A stretch of 64,000 nt of DNA from Mobula hypostoma (Eukaryota): assembly GCF_963921235.1 (NCBI RefSeq), contig NC_086097.1, positions 2,418,001 through 2,482,000 of the forward strand, given 5' to 3'. The notes beneath the pieces were generated by a model that did not search any database, was not told the origin of the DNA, and saw only the letters and a program-made list of their open reading frames with translations. Positions 1 through 12,464 of this stretch are shown here, piece by piece; the first letter of the stretch is position 1, and each line of letters opens with the position of its first letter. The translations under genes were made by a program, and so were the position numbers.

Positions 1-1117
1 TCAGCATTACATCCTACGCCTCCAGTAACCTGCAACAATGCCCGACTTAACCCTAACCTCATCATGGCACAATTTATAACGACCAATTAACTTCCTAGCC
101 CATACATCCTTGATACCTAAACAACTTAATCATCGACTCCTGTAATCCTGCCATTCTCTCTTTCACGCCTTCCATCAGGAAGATACTAAAACCAGGAAGC
201 ACATATTTCCAGGTTCAAGTACAGCTTCTGCAGCTGTAATGTGTACATCTTGGTTAGTTGTGTACAACTTTTCATTGTTGTGAAATTACTGTGAATACCC
301 AGTATCTCAGGGTTGTTCTGTGAATCTCAGGGTTGTATATGATGACATATATGCACATTGACAATAAATTTCTTGGAACTTAATCTTGTGGTTACAAGAC
401 TATCAAACAGTGTTTGCTTGGTGCATGCCCTCTATTGCTTGCTCAGTGGAATATCATGCTGGTCCAGGACAACTCAGGGACTTGGACAATATTATGTTTG
501 TTATCTTTGTGACTGTTCTTCTGAAATCATAATCATCTGTGCTATGTAATGTTGGTAAAGTGCTTTGCACCTTGATCCTGGAGAAACTCGTTTGGCTATG
601 TTTATGTATGGTTGAATGATCATTAAACCTGAAACTTGAATTTGAACGAACCTTGTTAAGACCCTGTGGACTTTATTGTCCACAATTACTCTGTGTCTGG
701 AACACCATATTCTGCATTCTGGTATTACTTTTCCCTTGTACTACAATGTACTCATGTAATTAAATGATCTGTATGGATAGCACAGTTTCTCACTGTACAC
801 ATCAGTACATGTGACAAGCAACAAATGACAAAGTACAGAAAGCAGGGGGAAAGAAATTTCATTCCAGAATCCAGAGTTGGTATTAATTGGAGGATTCAGA
901 AGCAAAGGACATGCTAACTTCACCAACGATGGTGTGGGAGTTGTGGTAAAGCATGGGTTAACATAGTGTCCAAGCAAGGATACACTACAAACAGAGTGGA
1001 GAGAGTCCAGACAAGAGCATAACTCCCTTTACATAGCAGTTTATGCTTATGGGAGATGAGATAAGAATAGAATATAACAAAAGGATGTGGAACACACACT
1101 AAGGGACAATCGTTTTA

Positions 1118-1718
1118 CAGGTGTGCGCCGCTTAACGTCCATTCGGACAACGTCCGATCGCAGATTCGTCTGTAGTCCTGATCGGAGAACGTGACGTAGC
1201 GGACGTAACCAATCTCGTGTATCATGCGACTCTTGAGTTTAGTAGCATTATCCCTCTGCTCAATTTTCTTTTGAAAATATTACCGTAAAGTGCATCCTGG
1301 CTTCCAAACACAGCAAAACCACTCTTAGTGATAGCAGCACCAAGAGGGAAAGGAAAAGTATTGATTTGGAAGTGAAACAAAAGGTTGTTAAACAACGTGA
1401 AGGTGGAAAACCAGTGAATGCTATTGCTCAGGATTTAGGCATGTCGCACTCAACAATCACGACGATCCTGAAAAACAGAGAAAAAATTCTCAAAGCTGTT
1501 AAAGGATCGGCTTCACTGAAAACTACAAAGTTCACGAAAATGCGAGAGGGACCTATATCGGACATGGAGAAATTGCTAATGAGATGGATTTAGTCAATAC
1601 AGGTACACTACAGTAATCCATATAGGTTTGCTAGGTATATAAGTGTTCACACAACGTCCAAATCACATAACGTCCGATTTCACAGAATGTATCGCGGAGG
1701 TTACGCGGTGCATACCTG
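1118..1718 (+). mobile_element. Internally deleted Tigger/pogo DNA transposon retaining the N-terminal HTH (psq/CENP-B type) coding fragment
   Basis: Imperfect TIRs caggtgtgcgccgcttaac / gttacgcggtgcatacctg; TA on the left, CA on the right; ORF 1366-1593 (KQKVVKQREGGKPVNAIAQDLGMSHSTITTILKN...ISDMEKLLMRWI) resembles Tigger/TIGD1 transposase N-termini. Confidence 0.85.
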
Positions 1719-2329
1719 CATTAACTTCAAAGTGTCACCCGTTGTCAGCTTGTAGTTTTGATCGACTTTTAACACCTTTAACGCGAATGATGATTGTTCT
1801 TACAAATAAGGAATTCAAACAGTTTGCCAAAAGGTCAATATCCGTAAGTGCTAGTCAATTCTACATAAAAATGGCATTTCTCTGTTCAGAACTCGGAATA
1901 GTGTGGGTGACAGCAGCCACGGTGTTCTCCTCGTGCACAAGTAAAATAAAGTGCATTTCAGTCTGTTCTGGGTCCAGTTGTTTTATTTTATCGTCAATGA
2001 TGAAATGGCAGTGGTGAAACAAGGACAGAATACAGTGGCTTTGAACTCTAACATTCTGTCATGAATTATTTAATGTATTTCCTGGTAAGCATTCCATCTA
2101 AAGTGGTTTAGGAAGTGAAAAAGTGTTACAAATAATTTACACTACAAACCAGGTCTACATTGGGCAGGAATCAAACCACATTCCTCTAAAAAGCCCCTGT
2201 ATCCAAACAGTTTGCAGAATCTCTCATGTTTATGATTTGCTGCTCGACTGCTAGGTTGCTTTGAGGGGTACAGACCCCGATGGGTGTTCAGTGATACTCT
2301 TTCTCACTGCTCCCCCTCTCATCTCTGCT

Positions 2330-2552
2330 GCCCTGCCCGCTGATTCTTCCACCAGGTACTCACCCAAACGTGCTACCCTAGCCATGCGTCCTTCCCGGGA
2401 ACTTGTCTCATGCTCCTTCCACTCCCCACCTTCTTATTCTGGCTCTTCCTCCCTTCCTTTCCAGTCCTGACGAGGGATCTCTGCCTGAAATGTCAACTGT
2501 TTATTAATTTCCATGGATGCTGCCTGACCCGCTGAGTTTCTGTGCGTGTTTG
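2330..2552 (+). mobile_element. Old Penelope-like 3'-end fragment
   Basis: Degenerate cagtcctgacgaggg...tgaaatgtcaactg motif followed by gatgctgcctgacc, as in younger copies in this window. Confidence 0.65.
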
Positions 2553-3279
2553 TCATTTCACTTCAACAACAGCAAGTATCACACGCCAGTCAGCACCAAG
2601 AAATCACAAGCATACAATTAATTACAATAATTTGGGATACAAGATATGATAATATCACCTGTCCATGTCCGCAATATAACATTGAAACATATCATGAACA
2701 TATTCGTAGGCCCGATACAATCGTACAATCTTTACAACCTGGGACCTTTGACAGGCTCCAAACCATTGCCATTGTACAGCTCAGATTGCGACACCGCATG
2801 GGTTAAGAGTTTGCAATTGTACAGACACGTTCATGGAAACTACTTTATCTGGACCGAGAGTGACTGAGACCAAAAACCACCATTAGAAAAACTCCACACA
2901 TTTCCAAATGCAAAAATTACAGCATTCAGAGTAAACTTATTATCAAAGTACACATATGTTACCATATACTATCCTGAGATTCATTTACTTTTAGACGTTA
3001 ACGGGGAAAAAAACACCACGGAATTTATGAAAAACAAAGAACTAAACTGCAAAGTGCAAATAAAAAGTAATATTGAGAACATGAGTTGTAACAAGTCCTT
3101 GAAAGTGAGCCTGCAAAGCTTTAAAGATTAGCTTCCTTTGTCACATGGACATCGAAATATACAGTGAACTACATCACTTGCAACAGATGAAATGAGTGAG
3201 GATTGTGCTGGGCAGCCCAGAATGTTACCACGCCTCTGGTACTAATTTCCAATGGCCATAACTTACTAAACCCAACCCA

Positions 3280-3468
3280 AACAACAGGAATTCTGCAGAT
3301 GCTGGAAATTCAAACAACACACATCAAAGTTGCTGGTGAACGCAGCAGGCCAGGTAGCATCTATAGGAAGAGGTGACGAAGGGTCTCGGCCTGAAACGTC
3401 GACTGCACCTCTTCCTACAGATGCTGCCTGGCCTGCTGCATTCACCAGCAACTTTGATGTGTGTTACT
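3280..3468. mobile_element. Miniature two-ended (hairpin) Penelope derivative with 13-bp TSD
   Basis: taaacccaaccca at 3267-3279 and 3469-3481; the left arm is the reverse complement of the element 3' terminus and the right arm is the sense 3' end. Confidence 0.85.
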
Positions 3469-3619
3469 TAAACCCAACCCATGTGTCTTTGCAATATGAG
3501 ACAAAACCCATGTAGTCACAGGGAAAAAACACATTTCCTTAAAGGCACCAGCAGGAACTGAACCTCACTTGGTATAACGACGTTACACTAACTGCTATAC
3601 TGCTGCGCTGTGTAGGCAG

Positions 3620-4555
3620 TCGAATCGATTCAGAGTTGTAGGGAGTGAAGTTACCACACAGTTCAGCAGACTGATAGTTGAAGAGTAATAACTGGGGCTG
3701 AAACCGATAGTGAGGGACCCAAGGCTTCCTGGTGGTAGGAGTGAGAAAGCATTGCCTGGATGGTGGGGTCCTTGTGGCAATGCTCCATGTGAACGTATTC
3801 AACTGTGTGGAGGCCTTTGCCTGTGGTGGAGTGGGCTGTATCCACCACTTTCTGTAGGCTTTCCATTCTTGGGCACTGGTGGTTCCATACCAGGCCAAGA
3901 CGCAACTAATGAGGATATTCTCCATTGAGCATCTACATATAAAAAAAAGTTTGTCAAAGTTTCTGGTGACATGCCAAAGCTGCAGAAGATTGTGAACACG
4001 GCACAGCACATCACACAAACCAATCTTCTGCCCTTGGACTCACTTTACACCGCACGCTGTCGGAGCAGTGCTGCCAGGATAATCAAGGACACGACCCACC
4101 CAGCCAACACACTTTTCGTCCCTCTTCCCTCCGGGAGAAGGCTCAGGAGCTTGAAGACTCGTACGGTCAGATTTGGGAACAGCTTCTTTCCAACTGTGAT
4201 AAGACTGCTGAACTGATCCTGACCCGGATCTGGGCCATACCCTCCAAATATCTGGACCTGCCTCTCAGTTTTTTTGCACCACCTTACTTTCCATTTTTTC
4301 TATTTTCTACTTATGATTTATAATTTAAATTTTTAATATTTACTAATTTTTTAATATTTAATATTTGTAATCCAGGGAGTGGGAAGCGCAGAATCAAATA
4401 TCGCTGTGATGATTGTACGTTCTTGTACCAATTGTCTGGCGACAATAAAGTATAAAGTAAAATCTACACAAATTTCTATGAACGTGGAGCTGCCCTTGTG
4501 CCTTCTTTGTGATGACACAACATGCTGGTCCCAGAGAGATACGCCGATATGTTAA
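3620..4555 (-). mobile_element. Old Rex1/Babar-type LINE fragment split by a younger copy
   Basis: Degenerate CRCSMENILISCVLAWYG motif; the sequence resumes at ~4461 after the nested insertion. Confidence 0.65.
3977..4460 (+). mobile_element. 5'-truncated young Rex1/Babar-type LINE (3' end)
   Basis: ORF 3971-4216 is nearly identical to the C-terminus of ORF 8746-9393; same 3'UTR and aataaagtataaagtaaa tail. Confidence 0.85.
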
Positions 4556-4789
4556 AGTCAAGAAAGGCATTATAGTGAATAAAACTGGAAACCAGCACTC
4601 CAAATAGTTCCTCTCAGTTGTCACAGAACCATCTGATGTAGATAGGACTACTTGTAAAAGTACTCTGGCAGTTGATGACATGGGCCATGATGCAACCAAT
4701 GAGGATATTCTCCACTGTGCATTTATAAAAGTTTTGTCAAATCTACACAAGTTTCTATGAAAGTAGCTGCCTGCCGATTTAGCCACTGA

Positions 4790-4958
4790 CAATTTACAAT
4801 GACCAATTAACCGGTACGTCTTTGGTATGTAGGAGGAAAGAGGAGCACCAGGAGGAAACCCACGTGGTCATGGGGAGAACGTACAGAATATGCCAGAACT
4901 GAACTCAGAACTCCAACACTGAGCTGTGATAGTGATGTATTAACCGCTAAGCTACCAG
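4790..4958 (-). mobile_element. tRNA-derived V-SINE (HE1-like) fragment
   Basis: ggtacgtctttgg...ggagcaccaggaggaaacccac...ggggagaacgtac is the reverse complement of the V-SINE core; similar copies at ~29765-30030, ~37600-38245 and ~50315-50550. Confidence 0.65.
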
Positions 4959-5830
4959 GGTGAATTACTGAGTGTTGTGGATCACCTCTCCTTTTATTAC
5001 AGTAACTGTACAACAAACAGAATCACTGCACAGAGACAAGGTCAAGTCCGGCATGGACAAGCAATCCACAGACACCAATAAATTTGAAACTTTAGCAAAA
5101 AAGGAGAATTTAAATACAAACAAGTCAAAGAGGAAGGCTGAGAGTTACCAAAATTCAAGCCACAGCTTCTCAAAACTACAAGATAAACAGAATATCTTAT
5201 TTTATAATTAGCAAAGCAACCTTTATTTTGATATTTTTCATCCTTGTCTTGAGGGTCATTGACAATGCCAGCTATTCGGTAGATGAGCTGAAGTAGATAC
5301 GGTGGGCCTCTCCTTGAACTGCTATGGGGTGGTGATGACATATCTATCAAGTTGCTGCACAAGTATTCCAGGAATTTTATGCAACTCTAGAGGAACAAAC
5401 TCAAAATATGTGGAGGTGATGGTGAATCTGTTGAGAAATGGAATCCACGTTTGGGATGTGTATATGCCGTTTGGACAAGTTACTGTGCTGTTCTTTGTTA
5501 TTAGAACTTCTAGATTTACTTGTATGGCCTCAAAACAGCAACAGAGCTGCTCATAAGCATAAGAGACTCTGCAGATGCTGGAAATCCAAATTGCTGGAGA
5601 AACTCAGCACTTTACAGAAACATCAGCAGTAACTCCAAAGACCTCATTCCTGTGAGAGGAAGGATCTTCGAAGATGGGCTACACCTACAGATAGACTGGC
5701 CCAGGCCAAAGGAATATGGCAAGCTTCTGTCTATGCCCCAGTGGGGTGATGGGCTCAAGAAGACGACTTCACACTCTACATACATCTGTTCGTTAGCGCA
5801 AAATGCTAATCATTGATTACTAAGGTAATG

Positions 5831-7209
5831 CTGACCTTAGTGGTTGGGAAGGTGTTGAAGACAATTGTTAAGGATGAGGTTAGGGAGTACTTGGTGACAC
5901 AGGACAAGATAGGACAAAGACAGCATGGTTTCCTCAAGGGAAATTCTGCCTGAGGAGCCTGTTGGGATTCTTTGAGGAGATTACAAGTAGGATAGATAAA
6001 GAGGATGCAGTGGATGTTGTATATTTGGACTTTCAGAAGGCTTTTGACAAGGTGCCACACCTGAGGCTGCTTACCAAGTTAAGAGACCATGGTATTACAG
6101 GAAAGTTACTAATGTGATTAGAGCATTTGCTGATTGGTAAGAGGCAAACAAATGGGAATAAAAGGATCCATTTTTGGTTGGCTGCCAGTGACTAGTGGTG
6201 TTCCGCAGGGGTCAGTGTTGGGACCACTTCTTTTTATGCTGTATATAAATAATTTAGATGATGGAATAGGTGGCTTTGTTGCAAAGTTTGCAAATGATAT
6301 GAAGATTGGTGAAGGGACAGGTAGTGTTGAGGAAACAGGTAGGCTGCAGAATGAATTAGATAGATTAGGAGAATGGGCAAGAAAGTGGTAAATAAAATAC
6401 AATGTTGGGAAACGCATGGTCATGCAGTTTGGTATCAGAAATAAATGTACTATATTCTAAAAGGGGAGAAAATCAAAAATCTAAGATGTAAAGGTATCTG
6501 AGATATGGAATACCCTAAAGATTAACTTGCAGATTGAGTCAGTGGTGAGGAAGGTAAATACAATGTTAGCATTCATTTCAAGAGGTTGAGAAAACAAGAG
6601 CAGGGATATAATGCTGAGGTTTTATAAGATACTGGTGAGGCCTCACCTTGAGTATTGTGGACAGTTTTGGGCTTTTTGTCTAAGAAAAGATGTGCTGGCA
6701 TTGGAGAGGGTCCAGAGGCAGTTCACAAGGATGATTCCGGGAATGAAAGGGTTATCATATGAGGAACATTTTATGGCTCTGGGTCTGTACTTACTGGAAT
6801 TCAGAAGGATGGGGTGGGGGGTTCTCATTGAAACGTTTCGACTGTTGAAAGGCCTAGACAGAGTAGATGTGGAAAGGATGTTTCCCATGGTGGGAGAGTC
6901 TAGGACAAGACAGCACAGCCTCAGTATAGAGGAGTGCCCTTTCAAAATAGAGATGCGGAGTATTTTCTTCAGCCAGAGGGTAGTGAACTTGTGGAATTTG
7001 TTTCCACAGGCAGCTGTGGAGGCCAGATTGTTGGGTGTATTTAAGGCAGAGATTAATAGGCTCTTGATTGGACATGGCATCAAAGGTTACAGGGAGAAGG
7101 CCGGGTAGTGAGACCGAGGAGGGGGGAGAAAAAGGATCAGCCACGATTGAATGGCAGAGTAGATTCAGTGAGCCAAATAGCCTAATTTTGATCCTATATC
7201 TTATGGTCT
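5831..7209 (+). mobile_element. 5'-truncated, degenerate CR1 LINE (RT region and 3' end)
   Basis: [19 protein letters not shown](D)MKIG and VRPHLEYC motifs; tail ...atcttatggtct; stops and frameshifts. Confidence 0.93.
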
Positions 7210-7779
7210 AAGTTCCACCCTATTCCTCTCCTTGAGGGCGTAAGCCTCTCTCAGTCCAATAGTCACAATTTGAAGTTTTAAAAGTGATATTCAAAGACAA
7301 ATCTTCCTGCAATGTGTCAATCTAACAAATAAAATCCTGGATATCCAGTGCTTTCCCAGGATTCTATTATATTATTATTTATCTATTATATTTGTTATTT
7401 ATCAAACGATCCTGTGCAAGGAAATCCAGAATGGTGCATCCTTGATCACCAACAATGCTCCAGATATGCAGTGAGCAGCGGGCATGGTGACAACACTCAG
7501 TTGGCAGCTTTGCTTCTTCACCACTTGATTGCTACAACACATGGAGTCCCAGGTTATCAGCAGATACAAGGCATGCTACCTGCAGCTTTAGACGTGGCAT
7601 TCCATTCAGGGATTGAGCCTGAATAATAAATCCAATATTCAGGAAATTTGGAAGAGGTACAAGGTCAAAATAGCTGTAGATTACATCAATGCCTCCTGGG
7701 ACAGTTTGGTCCATCCAATGGTGAATAGTGTGTGGAGGAAGTCACAACCAGGATGCGTGCCAACTCTCATCGATTGATG

Positions 7780-9512
7780 AGCCCATGACTGTGTGGCTAG
7801 GTACAGGTCAAATTCTACCTATAAGTTTGCTGATGGTTATTGGCAGAATTTCAGATGGTGATGAAGCGGCGTACAGGAGCGAGATATACCAGTTACGTGT
7901 TGCTCTAAACATCAGCAAGACAGAAGAGTAGATTGTGGACTTCAGAAAGGGCAAGTTGAGGAACACACACCAATCCTCAAAGAGGGATCAATGGTGGAGA
8001 GAGTGAAAAATTTCTAGCTCCTGGGTGTCAATATCTCTGAGGACCCAACCTGGATGCAGCACATTGATACAGCTATAACGAAACATCAAAAAACCTACAG
8101 CACAATACAGGCCCTTCGGCCCACACTGCTGTGCCAAACGTACTTACTTTGAAGAAGGCAAGTCAGCGGCTATATCCCATCAGGAGTTTCAGGAGATTTA
8201 ATTTATCAACTAAAACACTCAAAAACTTCTACAAATGTACCATGGAGAGCATTCTGACTGGCTCCATCACTGTCTGGTATTGGGGGGTTGGGGCAGGGTG
8301 GCTACTGCACAATGTTACAGAAACTTGTAGAATTAGTCAGGAACAGCTTCTTCCCCTCTGCTGACAGATATAAAAATGGACATTGAACTCATGAACACTA
8401 CCTCTTAATACTATTTTTATTTCTGTACTACTTATTTTTAACTTAACAATTTAATAACCATATATACACTTAATGTAACTTTATTTTTTTCCATTTACTT
8501 TACTTTATACTTTATTGTCGCCAAACAATTGATACTAAAACGTACAATCATCACAGCGATATTTGATTCTGCGCTTTCTGCTCCCTGGATTACAAATATT
8601 AAATATTAAAAATAGTAAAAATTAGTAAATATTAAAAATTTAAATTATGAATCATAAATAGAAAATAGACAAATGGAAAGTAAGGTTAGTGCAAAAAAAA
8701 CGAGAGGCAGGTCCAGATATTTGGAGGGTACGGCCCAGATCCAGGTCAGGATCCGTTCAGCAGTCTTATCACTGTTGGAAAGAAGCCATTCCCAAATCTG
8801 GCCGTACGAGTCTTCAGGCTCCTGAGCTTTCTCCCAGAGGGAAGAGGGACGAAAAGTGTGTTGGCTGGGTGGGTCGTGTCCTTGATTATCCTGGCAGCAC
8901 TGCTCCGACAGCATGCAGTGTAAAGTGAGTCCAAGGACAGAAGATTGGTTTGTGTGATGTGCTGCGCCATGTTCACGATCTTCGGCAGCTTCTTCCGGTC
9001 TTGGACAGGACAACTTCCATACCAGGTTGTGATGTACCCTAGAAGAATGCTTTCTACAGTGCATCTATAAAAATTAGTGTGGGTTTTAGGGGACAGGCCA
9101 AACTTCTTTAGTTTTCTCAGGAAGTAAAGGCGCTGGTGGGCCTTCTTGGCAGTCGACTCTGCTTGGTTGGACCAAGTCAGGTCATTTGTGATATTGACCC
9201 CGAGAAACTTAAAGCTTTTGACCTGTTCCACTTGCGCACCACCGATGTAAATTGGGCCGTGCAGTCCACTACTCCTTCTGAAGTCAACAAACAATTCCTT
9301 TGTCTTGCTGATGTTGAAGGATAGGTTATTGTCTTCGCACCATGCCACCAGGTTCTTAATTTCCTCTCTGTACTCAAACTCATCATTACCCAAGATATGG
9401 CCTACAATTACTGTGTCATCAGCAAAATTGTTTGATCATATATTTCATTGCACTGCTGCCATAAAGTTAACTAATTTCACGACATATGCCAGTAATATTA
9501 AACCCAATTCTG
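7780..9512 (+). mobile_element. Old Rex1/Babar-type LINE remnant hosting nested insertions
   Basis: IGRISDGDEAAYRSEI...LNISKT and KKASQRLY...YKCTMESILTG motifs; the 3' tail resumes at ~9430; a CR1 tail fragment is nested at ~8080-8148. Confidence 0.7.
8494..9427 (-). mobile_element. 5'-truncated young Rex1/Babar-type LINE
   Basis: Begins at FADDT; ORF 8746-9393 (WCEDNNLSFNISKTKEL, FKFLGV, QRLYFLRKL) is the post-RT region typical of this clade. Confidence 0.88.
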
Positions 9513-9539
9513 ATCGTGAACTGAGCCTGAACTGTATTC

Positions 9540-9800
9540 AATACGATATTGCCAAGTTGGCAAACAAGGCCAGACTTGCTGAAAGGAGACATTGATGTGG
9601 AAGAGTTAGAAGAATTGTTTGATGAAGAGCTCACAAATCTCTGATAGGTCTCAAATAACAGAACCATCATCACAGAACCTCCACCACCACTAAAACAGCT
9701 CACTATGAAGAGGCTCTCAGACAGAGCGAGAGACATCTTAATGACCAATGAGCCAGGGACTGAGCACACCATTAGAAGTGCACTTTATAATTTTAGTCTG
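9540..9800 (+). mobile_element. Highly decayed Tigger/pogo transposase C-terminal remnant
   Basis: Frameshifted DIAKLAN...DIDVEELEELFDEELT...LTMKRLS...NEP resembles Tigger C-termini. Confidence 0.4.
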
Positions 9801-11095
9801 AAAGAGAGCTAATAATCAACACCTTATTTTGAAATGACCTATCACCCAGGAATAGTCAGAAAAAGACTCCACACCACAGTACAAACTTTCAACTAAGAAT
9901 TCACCAGAATCTCCTGAACATCATTCATAATCTGTTTCTTGTCTCTCCCTGCTGGAGCTTCAATGTGCAAATTCACCGTCAGCATCGTGAAAGATGGAAA
10001 TACGTTAGGACCAGCAGTGAATTACTTAGCCCCTGGGACTGGCTCAATAGGACGACGACTAATCCGATTGGAGCTCCACTCTACATTTCAAGTTTACCCA
10101 CTGTGATCTGTCACCCCTTGCTCATCAACAATTTGTTTTAAAAATAATTTTGGTTCCTTTATTTGTCGACCTGGTATCACTATATTCTGCATTTGTTTGT
10201 ACTACCTCAATGTACTTATGTATGGAATTATTTGTCTGAATAATATGCAAACAGAAATTTTCAGAATCAGGTTCATTATCACCAGCACGTGACGTGAAAT
10301 TTGTTAACTTAGCAGCAGCAGTTCAATACATCATCTAGAAGAGAAAAAAATTAATAAAATTTTAAATAATAATAATAATAAATAAGTACGTATACCAAAG
10401 GACACTTCTAATACGGACATCCCAATGCACTTTACACCAAGCTGACGTGAACAGCAGTCAGTGGCAGTATTAAGGAAGAGAATTTCAAATTCTCCTCATA
10501 CTTGTGATAAAAAAACATCAGACTCCTCTAGACGAGTCCTAGATTCAAACCCCTGGTTCTAGATTCATCCGCAAGAGGATATGTCAATCCTGTCAGATCT
10601 TTAGTGTTTCACTTGGTGGTACCCAGACAGCACACTTCTTACATTTTTATTAAGATACAATTTAATTATTAAAAAATTATTTTTCATTCTTCCAGATTTT
10701 TGTGTTTCAATATTTTTAGGTGTTTAGACTTTTTTCCAGTCGAGGTTCTTGAGCTCTGTAAGGCAACCTGAGTTTTGCATTAAAACTGGTATGAAATGCC
10801 TTTAAATTTACTCATTTTGCCATTGCAAAGTTTTCCTCTTTTACTGTAAGGAATACCTATAGTTCATAGTTCAGTGAGGATTTCACATTGGTAGATATGT
10901 CGTCTTATAGACAAGGTGCAAATGGGCATTAATCTGATGATAAACTCTTAGAATCAGAGACAGGTTTAATAATGTCAAGAAATTTGTTGTATTGCAGCTG
11001 CAGAACACTGCAATACATAACTTCAAAAACTATTACAATAAGAAATATATATATATGTATGTATATACTGTGCAACACTCTTAAACTGTAGTAGT

Positions 11096-11480
11096 CAAGA
11101 GTCATAGAACACTAGCACAGAAACAGGCCCTTCGACACATTTAGTCAGTGCCATCATTACCAGCCCGGTCCCAGACCATATCCCTGCTATCCAAGAACCT
11201 ATCCAAAATTCTTTTAAATGTTTACATCCAACCTGCATGCACCACTTCTGCTGGCAGCTCATTCCACACTCACACCACCCTCTGAGTGAAAAAGTTTCCC
11301 CTCATGTTTCCGTTAAACATTTCATCTTAACCTGTGACTTCTAGTTATTAATCTCTGACTTAAATACAGCCAACGACCTGGCCTGTGACTTCTAGATGTT
11401 ATCTCACCCAACCACAGAGGAAGAACCCTGCTTGCATTTACCCCATCTGTACCCTCAAAATTTTTTATACCTATTATCAA
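11096..11480 (-). mobile_element. CR1 3'-end fragment
   Basis: cacagaaacaggccc...ctggcagctcattccacact...ccctctgagtgaa matches the 3' end of the CR1 at 50951-54610; a similar fragment lies at ~16520-16775. Confidence 0.75.
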
Positions 11481-11881
11481 AAATATAAAATATATGAAAT
11501 TTTCTAAGCTGCCTTTTTGACGCATCGCCTTTTGAAAGTGTCCTGGATGCTGGGGAGGCTGGTACCCATGATGGAGCTGACTGAGTTCACAACTTTCTGC
11601 TGTACAGTGGCCCCTCCATTTATAATAATTACAGTAGTAATGCTCCCAGCAAATACACAGCATTGAGGCACAATCATAAACTGGGGCTTGAGGGTTGAGT
11701 ATTTAAGAGACAATTTGATACATATATTAAATGATCAATATTCATGTAGTTGATTCAGTCAAGTTTCTGTCCTCGCCTGCAGGATTTTAATGGAATGACA
11801 GGGTGTTTAAAAACTTGCAAAAGTAATTCACAGAGAAGAAAAATCTCTAAAAGGCAAATATTTACATCCAGGCAGCATTAC

Positions 11882-11905
11882 CGGAGCAGAAGACTTGCAG
11901 ATGAT
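11882..11905 (-). CDS. Candidate 24-nt microexon of an unidentified host gene
   Basis: Minus strand ttctgacatac(t)10gctcag|ATCATCTGCAAGTCTTCTGCTCCG|gtaatg: branch-point-like CTGAC, poly-T tract, frame-preserving length. Splice signals only. Confidence 0.3.
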
Positions 11906-12464
11906 CTGAGCAAAAAAAAAAGTATGTCAGAAGTATATTTAACACCATGACTGAAAGACCTGGTAGCCAAGATAGCAAAAAAAACATGATACCTGCAGTG
12001 ATATTCATGATGAACGCCACAGCAACAGGCTACTCTGTCTAACTAGGCTACTTCAATTGAAGAGAAAGCTAAACAACTCACTTCAATACAAGGGTTTTAT
12101 CCTCACCAGTCCTCAGTCAACTGGATGTTGTCAGACAGAATCAAGTACAAATTAATGCAAAAGGAAGAATACTTGACAGCACATGCTGGTTTCACTGATC
12201 AGACCGCAGAAGATGAACGTGACAGCAAGTTTGAATAGGTAAGTGCCATGTGCTGATAATACTCAACATTGACCAGCAGAAAAGAATTATGCTTTCAAAG
12301 CATGAAAACAAAACAAACCACAATTTATCAGCCATCTGCCAAAATTGCCGATCGTGTATACATTCTCCCACAACAGCTCCTCCTTCAGCAAAGGGAAGGT
12401 CACTGCAATCAACCAAAAGGAAACACTGATCTACAGAATTGAAAGCAAACAGAAATCAGGGGAA

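Noticed and set aside
1643..2017. 124-aa ORF as a host gene
   Set aside because: It starts inside the Tigger end, has no recognisable domain and lacks convincing splice signals.
12203..12244. Plus-strand 36-nt exon with AG|gtaagt donor
   Set aside because: The acceptor is weak, and one such donor is expected by chance in 64 kb.
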